Virus record (IMG/VR): IMGVR_UViG_3300042502_000959
Location: 3,035-67,034 of that record
DNA length: 64,000 bases
Reading direction: 5' to 3' (one strand)
From: a virus
Shown: piece by piece, positions 31,456-40,351 of the stretch
How the letters are laid out: every line of letters starts with the position of its first letter
How positions within the stretch are numbered: the stretch's first letter is position 1
Translations under genes and position numbers: made by a program
The notes under the pieces: model-generated
The model's input: the letters and a program-made list of their open reading frames with translations, nothing else
Told to the model about the DNA's origin: nothing
Databases searched by the model: none

Positions 31456-33223
31456 TGACTTCTTAGAAGTTTTAAAAGACAGCAACTTTGACGAGACGCC
31501 AGTTGATGCAAAAACATTTGTAGAAGGCGAAGACTATCTTGCTCAACCACCACTGTCAGATGTTCAATACGATATTGTCGAAGCTATGAGTCAAATTTAT
31601 AAACTAGAAGATTTAATTAATTTAATGGGACAGGAAGAGGGTACAAAATATTACAAAAAGTATACAAAAAATGAGGTTATTCTTCAGCTTGGTAAAGGAT
31701 CTGGCAAGGATTTTACGTCTACTGTTGCGTGTTCTTACATCGTATACAAGCTCCTTTGTCTTAAGGACCCAGCGAGATACTTTGGAAAGCCAGCTGGCGA
31801 TGCGATTGATATCATTAACGTGGCGATTAACGCTCAGCAAGCTAAGAATGTTTTCTTTAAGGGTTTCAAAAATAAAATAGAGAGATCTCCTTGGTTTGCT
31901 GGAAAGTTTTACGCAAAGGCTGAGTCAATTGAATTTGATAAAGCTATCACGGTTTACTCTGGACATTCAGAGCGTGAATCTCATGAGGGTCTTAACCTTA
32001 TCTTGGCAGTCCTAGATGAGATATCTGGATTTGCACAAGAAATTGGTGGCGGTAATGATCAAGGCAAAACCGCCGATAACATTTATAAAGCGTTCCGTGC
32101 ATCTGTAGATTCTCGATTCCCAGATCTTGGAAAAGTAGCGTTGCTATCATTCCCACGTTTTCCAGGGGACTTTATTTCTCAAAGATACGACTCAGTGATT
32201 GCAGAAAAAGAAAGCATTGCCAAAACTCATACCTTTATAATGAACCCAGACTTGCCAGAAAATGCTGAGGGCAACTCTCTAAAAATTGATTGGGATGAGG
32301 ACATTATTATCTCATACAAATATCCAGGGGTGTTTGCACTAAAGAGACCAACTTGGGTTGTCAATCCAACCAGAACTATTGACGACTTTAAATTAGCCTT
32401 CTACACAGACATTGGCGATGCAATGCAGAGATTTGCATGTGTTCCCACCTTCGCATCTGACGCATTTTTTAAACAGCGTGAGAAGGTTAGAGCCTGCATG
32501 ACAATTAGAAATCCAATTGATTCCTCAAAAAGATTTGACGAAGCATTCAAACCAGATCCAGAGAAAAAATATTTTGTTCATGCCGACCTTGCACAAAAGC
32601 ATGACAAGTGTGCGGTAGCAATTGCTCACGTAGAAAAATGGGTATCTGTTCAAGTCATGAAAGATTATGAGCAGGTTGTTCCAATGGTTATTGTAGATGC
32701 TGTTGTCTACTGGGAACCAAGAGTTGAAGGCCCCGTAAACCTTTCTGAAGTAAAGCAATGGATTCAAAACTTACGTAGACAGGGATTCGATCTAGGAATG
32801 GTTAGCTTTGACCGTTGGCAATCTTTTGATATACAGAACGAGCTAAAGTCCGTTGGTATTAAAACTGAAACGGTATCTGTAGCAAAGAAACATTACGAAG
32901 ATATGGCAATGCTTATGTACGAAGAAAGACTAGCCATGCCAGCAATTGAGCTACTTTTTGAGGAGCTAACAGAATTAAAGATTATGAAAAACAATAGGGT
33001 AGACCACCCAAGGAAAAGCTCCAAGGACTTAGCTGACGCTGTTTGTGGCGCAATCTTTGGTGCAATATCGCATACGCCAAGGGATCAAAATCTTGAAGTA
33101 GATATCCACACCTTCAGAGATAGGCCCAAGACTCAGCTTGACACTGGTAAGGACAATGTGATACAATATAAGCCTATCCCGAAAGACATCAAAGACTATC
33201 TGGATAGTTTCGAAATAATCTAA
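31448..33223 (+). CDS. terL: Terminase large subunit
   Basis: Walker A GKGSGKD, Walker B AVLDEI, nuclease HADLA and DHP..SKDLADAV. Confidence 0.9.
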   Translation: MFDDFLEVLKDSNFDETPVDAKTFVEGEDYLAQPPLSDVQYDIVEAMSQIYKLEDLINLMGQEEGTKYYKKYTKNEVILQLGKGSGKDFTSTVACSYIVYKLLCLKDPARYFGKPAGDAIDIINVAINAQQAKNVFFKGFKNKIERSPWFAGKFYAKAESIEFDKAITVYSGHSERESHEGLNLILAVLDEISGFAQEIGGGNDQGKTADNIYKAFRASVDSRFPDLGKVALLSFPRFPGDFISQRYDSVIAEKESIAKTHTFIMNPDLPENAEGNSLKIDWDEDIIISYKYPGVFALKRPTWVVNPTRTIDDFKLAFYTDIGDAMQRFACVPTFASDAFFKQREKVRACMTIRNPIDSSKRFDEAFKPDPEKKYFVHADLAQKHDKCAVAIAHVEKWVSVQVMKDYEQVVPMVIVDAVVYWEPRVEGPVNLSEVKQWIQNLRRQGFDLGMVSFDRWQSFDIQNELKSVGIKTETVSVAKKHYEDMAMLMYEERLAMPAIELLFEELTELKIMKNNRVDHPRKSSKDLADAVCGAIFGAISHTPRDQNLEVDIHTFRDRPKTQLDTGKDNVIQYKPIPKDIKDYLDSFEII

Positions 33224-33242
33224 AATAAGGAGATCCAAAAAT

Positions 33243-34121
33243 ATGACTTCGTTCAAGAAGCCACTAATTGCTATTGCTTCTGCAGTAGCCCTAGTAGGAA
33301 CTATGCTAATTGCTGGTCCTGCCATTGCATCATCTGCTACACTAACGGTTGCTGGATCGTCTCCAGCCTCTGCAGGAACCTCATCTGCAAGTGCAATTGC
33401 ACTCCCCGTCCCATCCGACAATGACGTAAGCTCTGCTGACGCACTTCGCATTTCCCTGTCTGGCGTAACTGCTGGCAGCAATGTTGTTGTGACTGCTACC
33501 AATGCAAAGATTGTCACAGCTGTTACTTCTGGTTCTACCACCGTAAAGGTCGACTCTGGAGTGTCTACAGCAACAATCGCAACTGGCACAGGAACAACTG
33601 CTGATGTTTATGTTTACACAACTACTACCGAAACTGGAACTGTTGTAGTTACTGCAAACAGTAACACAACAACGTACTACGTTAAGGGCACTGCAGGTGC
33701 TGCGTACAACCTAGTTGTTGCTGCTCCATCTGTTGCTAACCTAGGTGCTGCAGTAGAACTAACTGCAACTGTAACTGACGTGTTTGGTAATGCTGTAACT
33801 AACGCTAGCATTTCTTCCGCAGTAATTCGTGGTACAGTTGGTTCATTCTCATACGATGCAACTGACAAGCGTTACGAGGCAACTCTAACCGCTCCTGCAA
33901 CTGCAGGCACAACGGTAATTGCTAACACAATTACTGCATCTGCTGTAACAGGTCTTGCAAAGCCAGCTACTGAGGTTGTTTCAAACATCTCTGTTGCAGA
34001 CCTTGCTGGTCAGGTTGCTGTACTTCAGGCATCCGTTGCAGCTCTAAAAGCTGATCACAACGCACTGGCAAAAAAGTACAACAAGCTAGTAAAGAAGAGC
34101 AAGAGAGTTGCTCTAAAGTAA
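33243..34121 (+). CDS. Secreted Ig-like, Thr/Ala-rich surface protein
   Basis: Signal peptide MTSFKKPLIAIA..PAIA, invasin-like TVTDVFGNAV motif, basic C-terminal coil; AAGGAG RBS. Confidence 0.7.
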   Translation: MTSFKKPLIAIASAVALVGTMLIAGPAIASSATLTVAGSSPASAGTSSASAIALPVPSDNDVSSADALRISLSGVTAGSNVVVTATNAKIVTAVTSGSTTVKVDSGVSTATIATGTGTTADVYVYTTTTETGTVVVTANSNTTTYYVKGTAGAAYNLVVAAPSVANLGAAVELTATVTDVFGNAVTNASISSAVIRGTVGSFSYDATDKRYEATLTAPATAGTTVIANTITASAVTGLAKPATEVVSNISVADLAGQVAVLQASVAALKADHNALAKKYNKLVKKSKRVALK

Positions 34122-34135
34122 TTTGAATAACGTTG

Positions 34136-34170
34136 GAAAGGGGGGCTAAAATCCCCCCTTTTCTATTTTT
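34136..34170 (+). terminator. Rho-independent terminator
   Basis: GAAAGGGGGG-CTAAAAT-CCCCCCTTTTC then TATTTTT. Confidence 0.8.
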
Positions 34171-34267
34171 AAAAACTCTCATGTAAAGCTTTAAGGAGTG
34201 TTTTGTATTTTTAAAAACACTGTGCTATAATTGATCTCTAATCCCAACTCTCGAAAGGTAACATTTT

Positions 34268-36313
34268 ATGTCCGATTTTTTCTCCTTCAGACTTCCAGTA
34301 GATTTTGTTGAAAAATACACTACTGTAGAGGCACCATTTGGTTTCAAAGACGCAGGAGAAAACTCCATTGGAGAAATTACTTTTGCTAGAACTTACTCTC
34401 GCATCAAAGAAGATGGAACCAAAGAACGCTGGTATGAAGTTTGTAGGAGAGTTATCGAGGGTATGTATTCTGTCCAGAAAAATCATGCAAAAGACAACCG
34501 CCTTCCATGGAATGATTACAAGGCACAGAAGTCTGCACAAGAAGCTTTTGACCGCATGTTCAATCTAAAGTGGACCCCTCCAGGACGTGGCATGTGGACT
34601 TTTGGAACCCCACTAACAATGGAGAAGAGAAACTCTGCAGCACTACAGAACTGTGCTGTTGTGTCTACAAAAGATTTGGATAAGAACGACCCAGGAGCTT
34701 TGTTTGCTTGGGTAATGGATGCTCTAATGCTCGGCATTGGTGTCGGCTTTGATACCCTTGGACAAGATAAGGCGTTTCCAATTCACGCACCAACTGAGCC
34801 AAAGGTGGTCTACGAAATTCCAGACACTCGTGAAGGCTGGGTAGAGGCAACAAGACTACTTCTTAACTCATTCTTAAGACCAAACCAAAACATTCAGGAG
34901 CTGGACTACTCTCTTATTAGACCGCTGGGTGCACCAATCAAGGGCTTTGGAGGAACTGCTTCTGGACCAGCACCACTAAAGCAGCTTCACGAACAAATTA
35001 GCAAAGTAATTGGAGGACGTGCTGGAGAAACCCTAGACTCTCGTGCAATTGTAGACATCATTAATCTTATTGGAACTTGTGTTGTTTCTGGAAACGTTCG
35101 TCGTTCTGCCACATTAGCTTTGGGAGTAGAGGGAGACGACGACTTCTTAAACTTAAAAAATGCAGAAGCCTTCCCAGAGCGTAACAGCTATGACTCAAAC
35201 AATCCAGGCTGGGCATGGATGAGCAACAACTCTATCTCTGCTACTGTTGGCATGGATTACTCAAAGTATGTAGATCGTATTGTAGATAACGGAGAGCCAG
35301 GATTTATTTGGTTGGATGTTGCTCGTAACTACGGACGTTTGGCTGACCAGCCAGACGGTGCAGACTACCGTGTAGTAGGCTTTAATCCGTGTGCAGAACA
35401 GCCACTAGAGTCCTATGAGCTCTGCACCCTAGTTGAAGTACATCTAAACCGTCACGAGTCCAAGGAGGACTTCCTACGGACCCTGAAGTTTGCTTACCTA
35501 TATGGTAAGACCGTTACTTTGTTGCCAACTCACTGGCAACAGACCAACGGTATCATGCAAAGAAACCGTAGAATTGGAACATCCCTAACTGGCATTGCAT
35601 CATTTGCGGATGAGAATGGTCTTCCAACTGTTCGCAACTGGATGGATGAGGGGTATAACAAGATCCGTTTCTATGACAAGAAGTATTCTGAATGGTTATG
35701 TGTTCGTGAATCAATTCGTGTGACTACCGTAAAGCCATCTGGATCAGTATCCTTGCTGTCAGGTGCAACCCCTGGAGTTCACTGGGGACCAGGTGGGGCC
35801 TTCTACCTACGTGCCATTCGTTTTGGAAACACAGACCCAATGCTACACCTATTTAGGGCAGCTGGATACAGGTGTGAGGATGATCTGGTATCAGCAAATA
35901 CTACAGTTGTATACTTCCCAATTAAGTCTGGGCAGAAACGTAGCGAGAAGCAGGTCTCTTTGTTTGAAAAGATGTCTCTTGCTGCAACTGCCCAAGAGTA
36001 TTGGTCGGACAACGGGGTATCAGTAACCCTATCCTTTGACAAAGAAACAGAAAGGCAGCACGTATCATCTGTTCTTAATATGTATGAGGGCAAGCTAAAG
36101 GCTGTATCATTCTTGCCAATGGGCAACAAGGTGTATCCACAGCAACCATACACAGAGATTACAGAAGAAGAGTATGACTACTTTATTGGTCGCATTGCCA
36201 AGATTGACTTCTCTGCCATTTATGACGGGGTAGACAATTTAGAAGCACTTGGAGAATCGTACTGTACAACAGACTACTGCGAGATCAAGATTCCAGACAA
36301 GAGGGCAAAGTAA
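34268..36313 (+). CDS. nrdJ: Class II adenosylcobalamin-dependent ribonucleotide reductase (monomeric RTPR type)
   Basis: PPGRG, LQNC, GNVRRSA, NPCAEQ, ELCTL, TTVKPSG, C-terminal CTTDYC; no small subunit gene. Confidence 0.93.
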   Translation: MSDFFSFRLPVDFVEKYTTVEAPFGFKDAGENSIGEITFARTYSRIKEDGTKERWYEVCRRVIEGMYSVQKNHAKDNRLPWNDYKAQKSAQEAFDRMFNLKWTPPGRGMWTFGTPLTMEKRNSAALQNCAVVSTKDLDKNDPGALFAWVMDALMLGIGVGFDTLGQDKAFPIHAPTEPKVVYEIPDTREGWVEATRLLLNSFLRPNQNIQELDYSLIRPLGAPIKGFGGTASGPAPLKQLHEQISKVIGGRAGETLDSRAIVDIINLIGTCVVSGNVRRSATLALGVEGDDDFLNLKNAEAFPERNSYDSNNPGWAWMSNNSISATVGMDYSKYVDRIVDNGEPGFIWLDVARNYGRLADQPDGADYRVVGFNPCAEQPLESYELCTLVEVHLNRHESKEDFLRTLKFAYLYGKTVTLLPTHWQQTNGIMQRNRRIGTSLTGIASFADENGLPTVRNWMDEGYNKIRFYDKKYSEWLCVRESIRVTTVKPSGSVSLLSGATPGVHWGPGGAFYLRAIRFGNTDPMLHLFRAAGYRCEDDLVSANTTVVYFPIKSGQKRSEKQVSLFEKMSLAATAQEYWSDNGVSVTLSFDKETERQHVSSVLNMYEGKLKAVSFLPMGNKVYPQQPYTEITEEEYDYFIGRIAKIDFSAIYDGVDNLEALGESYCTTDYCEIKIPDKRAK

Positions 36314-36564
36314 TGAAACAACTATTACACTTTACTGCAACATGGTGTCAGCCATGCAAACAGATGGAAGTCCCGATTGCAATGCTTGTGTCTTCAAATC
36401 TAGATATTAATTATAATAAGATTGATGTGAGCGATGTTTTTGATGAAGCTGTTGAGTATGGAGTTAGAGGTGTTCCAACTTTTATTGCATTAAAAGATGG
36501 AATAGAAGTTGCTAGACACACAGGTGTCGCAACAAACGAAAAACTACTTAGCTTATTTGACTAA
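36313..36564 (+). CDS. Thioredoxin
   Basis: FTATWCQPCK, GVRGVPT; coupled to RNR. Confidence 0.9.
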   Translation: MKQLLHFTATWCQPCKQMEVPIAMLVSSNLDINYNKIDVSDVFDEAVEYGVRGVPTFIALKDGIEVARHTGVATNEKLLSLFD

Positions 36565-36620
36565 AAAATAAAATGTTATAATAGTCTTGTTAGAATTAAC
36601 CCCACTAACAAGGAGAAACA

Positions 36621-38033
36621 ATTAAAAAACCCCTATACTTTGTCATAGCCGTATCCATAGTTTTTGTATCACTACTTTGGCCAGTTGCGGCTAAAGCATC
36701 TACGACTGCAGTATGTGATACCCATCAGGTTAACGGTGGAGATCAGGCATTCTTGATGAACCTAAATACCCCACTAGAATTTGGTGGCACTGTATATAAT
36801 GGTAACGTTTATGTAAGTCCAAAAGGAACAGTTACTTTTGGTCAGGGTGACTACACCTACTGGGACTATCCAGCAACCCCATCAATATCAATTGGTTCTT
36901 GGGACTACCACGCTTTTGCTACTGGAACCCACCCTTGGGCAGGACAGAACGACCTGTATGTAAGGTACGGCTCAACATCTACTTCTATTTGCGTTGACTG
37001 GAAAGTAATGGTATGGGGTCAGTCTTCTGGAGAACCAATCTACATAAGAATGATTGCAGAAGTAAATCCAGTAAACTATACTTGGACTCCAACTTATCAG
37101 GTAAGCTCTAATGCACCAGCTAATGCTAGGTATGGAGTTCGTTATACACAAGGTGGCCCAGTACAGCCTCTAGAAATTCAGACAATTACTACCCCACCTG
37201 AGCCAGCTCCTATTGTCCCCCCTGCCCCAGAACCTACCCCAACGCCAGAGCCTACCCCAGAACCTAGTCCAGAACCTAGTCCAGAACCTAGTCCAGAACC
37301 TAGTCCAGAACCAACTCCTGAGCCTAGCCCAACTCCAGTAGAGCCAGAACCAACTCCTACTCCTGAGCCATCCCCAGTCGTGCCCGTTGTACCAGAGCCA
37401 CAGCCCTCCACACCAGTAACCCCAGAACCAGAACCGTCGCTGGAGCCAGAGCCAGAAGAACCGACCACACCACAGCCAGAGGAACCAGTGCAACCAGAAG
37501 AGCCAGCCGTAGAACCTGAAGAACCCGTTGAAGAACCATCTCCCATTGAACCCGAACCAATTGAACCTCCTATTATAGAACCTGAAGAAGAGTCTATCAC
37601 ATCTGCGGAAGAATTACCAGAGGAGCTTTCTACTGAAGAATTGATGCAAGTAGATCTAGAGCAGATCATAGCTACAGATCTCTCAGAGGCTCAGGTAGAG
37701 GCTCTTATAGAGGCAGCACTTGAGACCTTTGAAACAGCTGAACAGGGCTCAGAGGAGTATGTGCAGGCTCTAGAAGCCCTTTTTGTAGCAGCTCAGGCAG
37801 ACGACATTGTCTTGGATGAGGCTCTAGCAGCAATTCCGCTTCTTGGAGATGTGCTTGGTGAAGCAGCAGAGCTTGTTAACTTCCTTGGAAATGCTGGGGC
37901 AGACATGAGTCCAGAAGTTAGAGAAGACTCAGAAAAAGTAGTAGTTACAGCAATTGTTGCAGTGCAAGCAGCACTATCAGCAATTTCTATAAGCGGTATA
38001 GCAACAACAGTAAACATAAGGAGCGGAGCATAA
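36621..38033 (+). CDS. Secreted/membrane-anchored protein: NIDO-like domain, Pro-Glu stalk, acidic helical domain (ATT start inferred)
   Basis: AGGAG 36611-15 then ATT 36621 in frame, giving signal peptide [25 protein letters not shown]; [23 protein letters not shown] motif; hydrophobic C-terminus. Confidence 0.7.
   Translation: MKKPLYFVIAVSIVFVSLLWPVAAKASTTAVCDTHQVNGGDQAFLMNLNTPLEFGGTVYNGNVYVSPKGTVTFGQGDYTYWDYPATPSISIGSWDYHAFATGTHPWAGQNDLYVRYGSTSTSICVDWKVMVWGQSSGEPIYIRMIAEVNPVNYTWTPTYQVSSNAPANARYGVRYTQGGPVQPLEIQTITTPPEPAPIVPPAPEPTPTPEPTPEPSPEPSPEPSPEPSPEPTPEPSPTPVEPEPTPTPEPSPVVPVVPEPQPSTPVTPEPEPSLEPEPEEPTTPQPEEPVQPEEPAVEPEEPVEEPSPIEPEPIEPPIIEPEEESITSAEELPEELSTEELMQVDLEQIIATDLSEAQVEALIEAALETFETAEQGSEEYVQALEALFVAAQADDIVLDEALAAIPLLGDVLGEAAELVNFLGNAGADMSPEVREDSEKVVVTAIVAVQAALSAISISGIATTVNIRSGA
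37257..37312 (+). repeat. Perfect 12-bp tandem repeat CCAGAACCTAGT (4 full copies plus a partial; PEPS)
   Basis: Read directly from sequence. Confidence 0.9.
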
Positions 38034-38034
38034 C

Positions 38035-38445
38035 ATGTACGAATATCGAGTAAAGCAAGTGCTAAGAGTCGTTGATGGCGACACTATTGACGTTGATCTG
38101 GACTTAGGCTTCAACATCTCTTATACCCAGCGAGTTCGTCTAGCAGGTATTGACACCCCAGAATCACGCACAACTGACAAAACAGAAAAAGCTCTAGGGC
38201 TAGAGGTCAAAAAGCACTTGAGCGATCTTTTAAAATCCGCAACTCAGACTGTTATTCGCACTGAAAAGCCAGACTCTACTGAAAAGTATGGCCGCATTTT
38301 AGGTTGGATATTTTTAGACGGGTCAAGCGAATCAGTTAATTCTGCATTAGTTGCAGAGGGGTATGCGTGGGACTACATGGGAGAAACAAAAGTAAAAGAC
38401 TTTGAGCTGCTAAAGCAAAGAAGGAAGAAGGAGCAAAATAAATGA
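38035..38445 (+). CDS. Thermonuclease (SNase-like)
   Basis: VVDGDTI, VRLAGIDTPE, KYGRILG, LVAEGYA. Confidence 0.9.
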   Translation: MYEYRVKQVLRVVDGDTIDVDLDLGFNISYTQRVRLAGIDTPESRTTDKTEKALGLEVKKHLSDLLKSATQTVIRTEKPDSTEKYGRILGWIFLDGSSESVNSALVAEGYAWDYMGETKVKDFELLKQRRKKEQNK

Positions 38446-38627
38446 AATTTTTAATAGCATTAGTTAAGGACGTCATAGAACAGGCATGGACATTGCTTGG
38501 TATGGTCGTGGCTTGGCTTGTCTTGGAAGGTTCTGCAAAGGAACTTACAGGAAATCTAATACTAATTACCCTATTAGTATGGATAGTAACATTTCCGATT
38601 TTTCGTTATGAAAAAGAAGATAAATAG
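38442..38627 (+). CDS. Small two-TM membrane protein
   Basis: 61 aa, AAGGAG RBS, two hydrophobic segments. Confidence 0.7.
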   Translation: MKFLIALVKDVIEQAWTLLGMVVAWLVLEGSAKELTGNLILITLLVWIVTFPIFRYEKEDK

Positions 38628-38645
38628 TAGAGAGGAAACCCAAAA

Positions 38646-38915
38646 ATGGAACAAGAATATGGAGTAACTGGTGGCTGGGCCACAGTTAAGAATATCATCT
38701 TTAGGATTGTAGCAGTATTTGCAGCATCTGGACTTACGGTCCTAGGTGCAGGAGCAGTTGTAGGCATTGACCTAATTTCTGCTGTGCTAATGGCTGGAAT
38801 TCTGGGGGTAGCTGCGGTAGTTGAGAAACTAGCACGTTCCTACCTAGATGATGGTAAGCTAACTATGGCCGAAATCAACGATGCATTTGCCACAGTTGAC
38901 AAAAAGTCCAAGTAA
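38646..38915 (+). CDS. Small two-TM membrane protein (holin-like)
   Basis: 89 aa, two TM segments then DDGKLT..EIN. Confidence 0.65.
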   Translation: MEQEYGVTGGWATVKNIIFRIVAVFAASGLTVLGAGAVVGIDLISAVLMAGILGVAAVVEKLARSYLDDGKLTMAEINDAFATVDKKSK

Positions 38916-38922
38916 ATAGCCC

Positions 38923-38951
38923 TTGACAGTCCCCTCTGGGTAGTGTATAAT
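38923..38951 (+). promoter_or_regulatory. Consensus sigma70/SigA promoter
   Basis: TTGACA-17 nt-TATAAT. Confidence 0.85.
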
Positions 38952-38983
38952 AAACCTATACAAAACTTAGAGGGGACTTTCCT

Positions 38984-39514
38984 ATGACCTGTATAGCCGC
39001 TTTGAAGGCTAACGGTAAGGTGTACATGGCTGGTGATCGTGGTGCATCCACTGAAGACAGCATCATGCATATATCTAAACCTAAGATTAAAATTGTTGGT
39101 CCATATCTAATTGGATATGCTGGAACCATGGAAGGGCAAAAGCTTCAGTATAGCTTTGATCCACCCAGACCACATCCAGAAGAAGACCTAGATATTTTTA
39201 TGCACACAACTTTTCTTAAGTACCTTAAAGAGTTTTATGACGAATGGTGGATTGAAACCTCTAAAGATGCGGAACTAGAAATGCTAGTCTCAATTGGAGA
39301 TAAGCTATATGAGCACAGCTCTTCAGATATGTCCATGAATGAATTTTCTTCACACTTCTTATCTATTGGATCTGGCTCACCATTTGCAATGGGGTATATG
39401 TCAGCAGTGTCTTCTACCAAAATACCACCAGAAAAAATGGTAGAGGGTGCAGTAAAGACTGCAATTAAATTTTCACCAACTTGCTCTGGCACAGTTGACA
39501 TTCTTTCTACGTAG
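38984..39514 (+). CDS. Ntn-hydrolase protease (HslV/proteasome beta-like)
   Basis: N-terminal M-T-CIAA, AGD, K, IGSGS..AMG. Confidence 0.8.
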   Translation: MTCIAALKANGKVYMAGDRGASTEDSIMHISKPKIKIVGPYLIGYAGTMEGQKLQYSFDPPRPHPEEDLDIFMHTTFLKYLKEFYDEWWIETSKDAELEMLVSIGDKLYEHSSSDMSMNEFSSHFLSIGSGSPFAMGYMSAVSSTKIPPEKMVEGAVKTAIKFSPTCSGTVDILST

Positions 39515-39530
39515 GAGTATAATATTGGGT

Positions 39531-39791
39531 ATGAATAAAAAAACATTTGATGAATGGCTACAAGAAGGGCTAGACCTTAACTTTTGTGGCCCAGCAATTT
39601 GCTATCCACACGATGGGCTGCCACTGACTCTTGAAGAAGAGCAGGAGTTTGATGACGGAAGCGATCCTTGCATTCACATCATAAGACTCTACGAAGATAA
39701 AGAAACAAAAGTTGCTGTAGAGGATAACCACTCTCCATCTATCTGGAGAGCAACCAATGCTGGATTTAATTTAGAAGTAAGGAAAGATTGA
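39531..39791 (+). CDS. Hypothetical protein
   Basis: Leaderless after TATAAT 39518-23; CGPAIC..HDG..DPCIHI. Confidence 0.65.
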   Translation: MNKKTFDEWLQEGLDLNFCGPAICYPHDGLPLTLEEEQEFDDGSDPCIHIIRLYEDKETKVAVEDNHSPSIWRATNAGFNLEVRKD

Positions 39792-39792
39792 A

Positions 39793-39903
39793 ATGGCAAA
39801 AACAAAGGGCAATAGGAATGACGATCGTCCAAATGGAAAAGCTGCAAAAAAGCATCCAAAAATTTTTGATGCAATTAAGCGTAGACTAGTAGTTAAAAAC
39901 TAA
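39793..39903 (+). CDS. Small basic protein (36 aa; not in ORF track)
   Basis: MAKTKGNRNDDRPNGKAAKKHPKIFDAIKRRLVVKN, AAGGA RBS. Confidence 0.55.
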   Translation: MAKTKGNRNDDRPNGKAAKKHPKIFDAIKRRLVVKN

Positions 39904-39912
39904 ATACTGAAT

Positions 39913-39984
39913 TCCTTCTTAGCTCAGCGGCAGAGCAGAGAGCTGTTAACTCTAAGGTCCCTGGTTCGATCCCAGGAGAAGGAG
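39913..39984 (+). tRNA. tRNA-Asn (GTT)
   Basis: Acceptor TCCTTCT/AGAAGGA, D-arm, loop CTGTTAA, GGTTCGATCC; no encoded CCA. Confidence 0.92.
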
Positions 39985-40038
39985 CTATTGGTGTGGTCCA
40001 TACCACTCCCACGGGTATAGGGATAAAAATGGACATCA

Positions 40039-40109
40039 GTGACTATTGCATAGTGGTAGTGCGTAACCTTGCCAAGGTTAATGTGCGAGTTCGATTCTCG
40101 CTAGTCGCT
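40039..40109 (+). tRNA. tRNA-Gly (GCC)
   Basis: Acceptor GTGACTA/TAGTCGC, anticodon arm TAACC-TTGCCAA-GGTTA, GTTCGATT. Confidence 0.9.
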
Positions 40110-40162
40110 CTGAGAGTATCCTAGCATGACTCATAAGAACCATTCACTGGGTACTCTCTTTA

Positions 40163-40236
40163 GGCTCTGTAGCTCAGTTGGTTAGAGCGCCTCCCTGTCA
40201 CGGAGGAGGTCGCCAGTTCAAGTCTGGTCAGAGTCG
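40163..40236 (+). tRNA. tRNA-Asp (GTC)
   Basis: Acceptor GGCTCTG/CAGAGTC, anticodon arm CCTCC-CTGTCAC-GGAGG, GTTCAAGT. Confidence 0.93.
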
Positions 40237-40240
40237 CAAT

Positions 40241-40316
40241 GCCTCTATAGCTCATCTGGTAGAGCGACGCACTTGTAATGCGTAGGTGACGGGTTCAAGT
40301 CCTGTTGGAGGCTCCA
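40241..40316 (+). tRNA. tRNA-Thr (TGT)
   Basis: Acceptor GCCTCTA/TGGAGGC, anticodon arm ACGCA-CTTGTAA-TGCGT, encoded CCA. Confidence 0.93.
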
Positions 40317-40351
40317 ATATTTTACTGCTGTCTGTAGTGTATAATAAAAGT

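Noticed and set aside
31448-33223. Terminase located among replication genes, far from head genes
   Set aside because: Unusual versus lambda-like order but, as far as I recall, typical of this group of large actinophages.
34170-34267. Cobalamin riboswitch or NrdR box before nrdJ (also checked before 57312)
   Set aside because: Leaders are too short, with no B12-box or convincing NrdR palindrome.
19475-36313. Inteins or introns in helicase, DnaE, RecA, terminase or RNR
   Set aside because: Lengths are normal, motifs are contiguous and no intein splice-junction motifs were seen.
37170-37669. Minus-strand ORFs with WTRF and GSG repeats; repeat region as possible CRISPR array
   Set aside because: They are shadows of the Pro-Glu stalk on the plus strand; the 12-bp units are contiguous with no spacers.
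40286-40351. ORF-track N-terminal extension of the oxygenase
   Set aside because: It overlaps tRNA-Thr and the -10 element; ATG 40352 fits the leaderless pattern.
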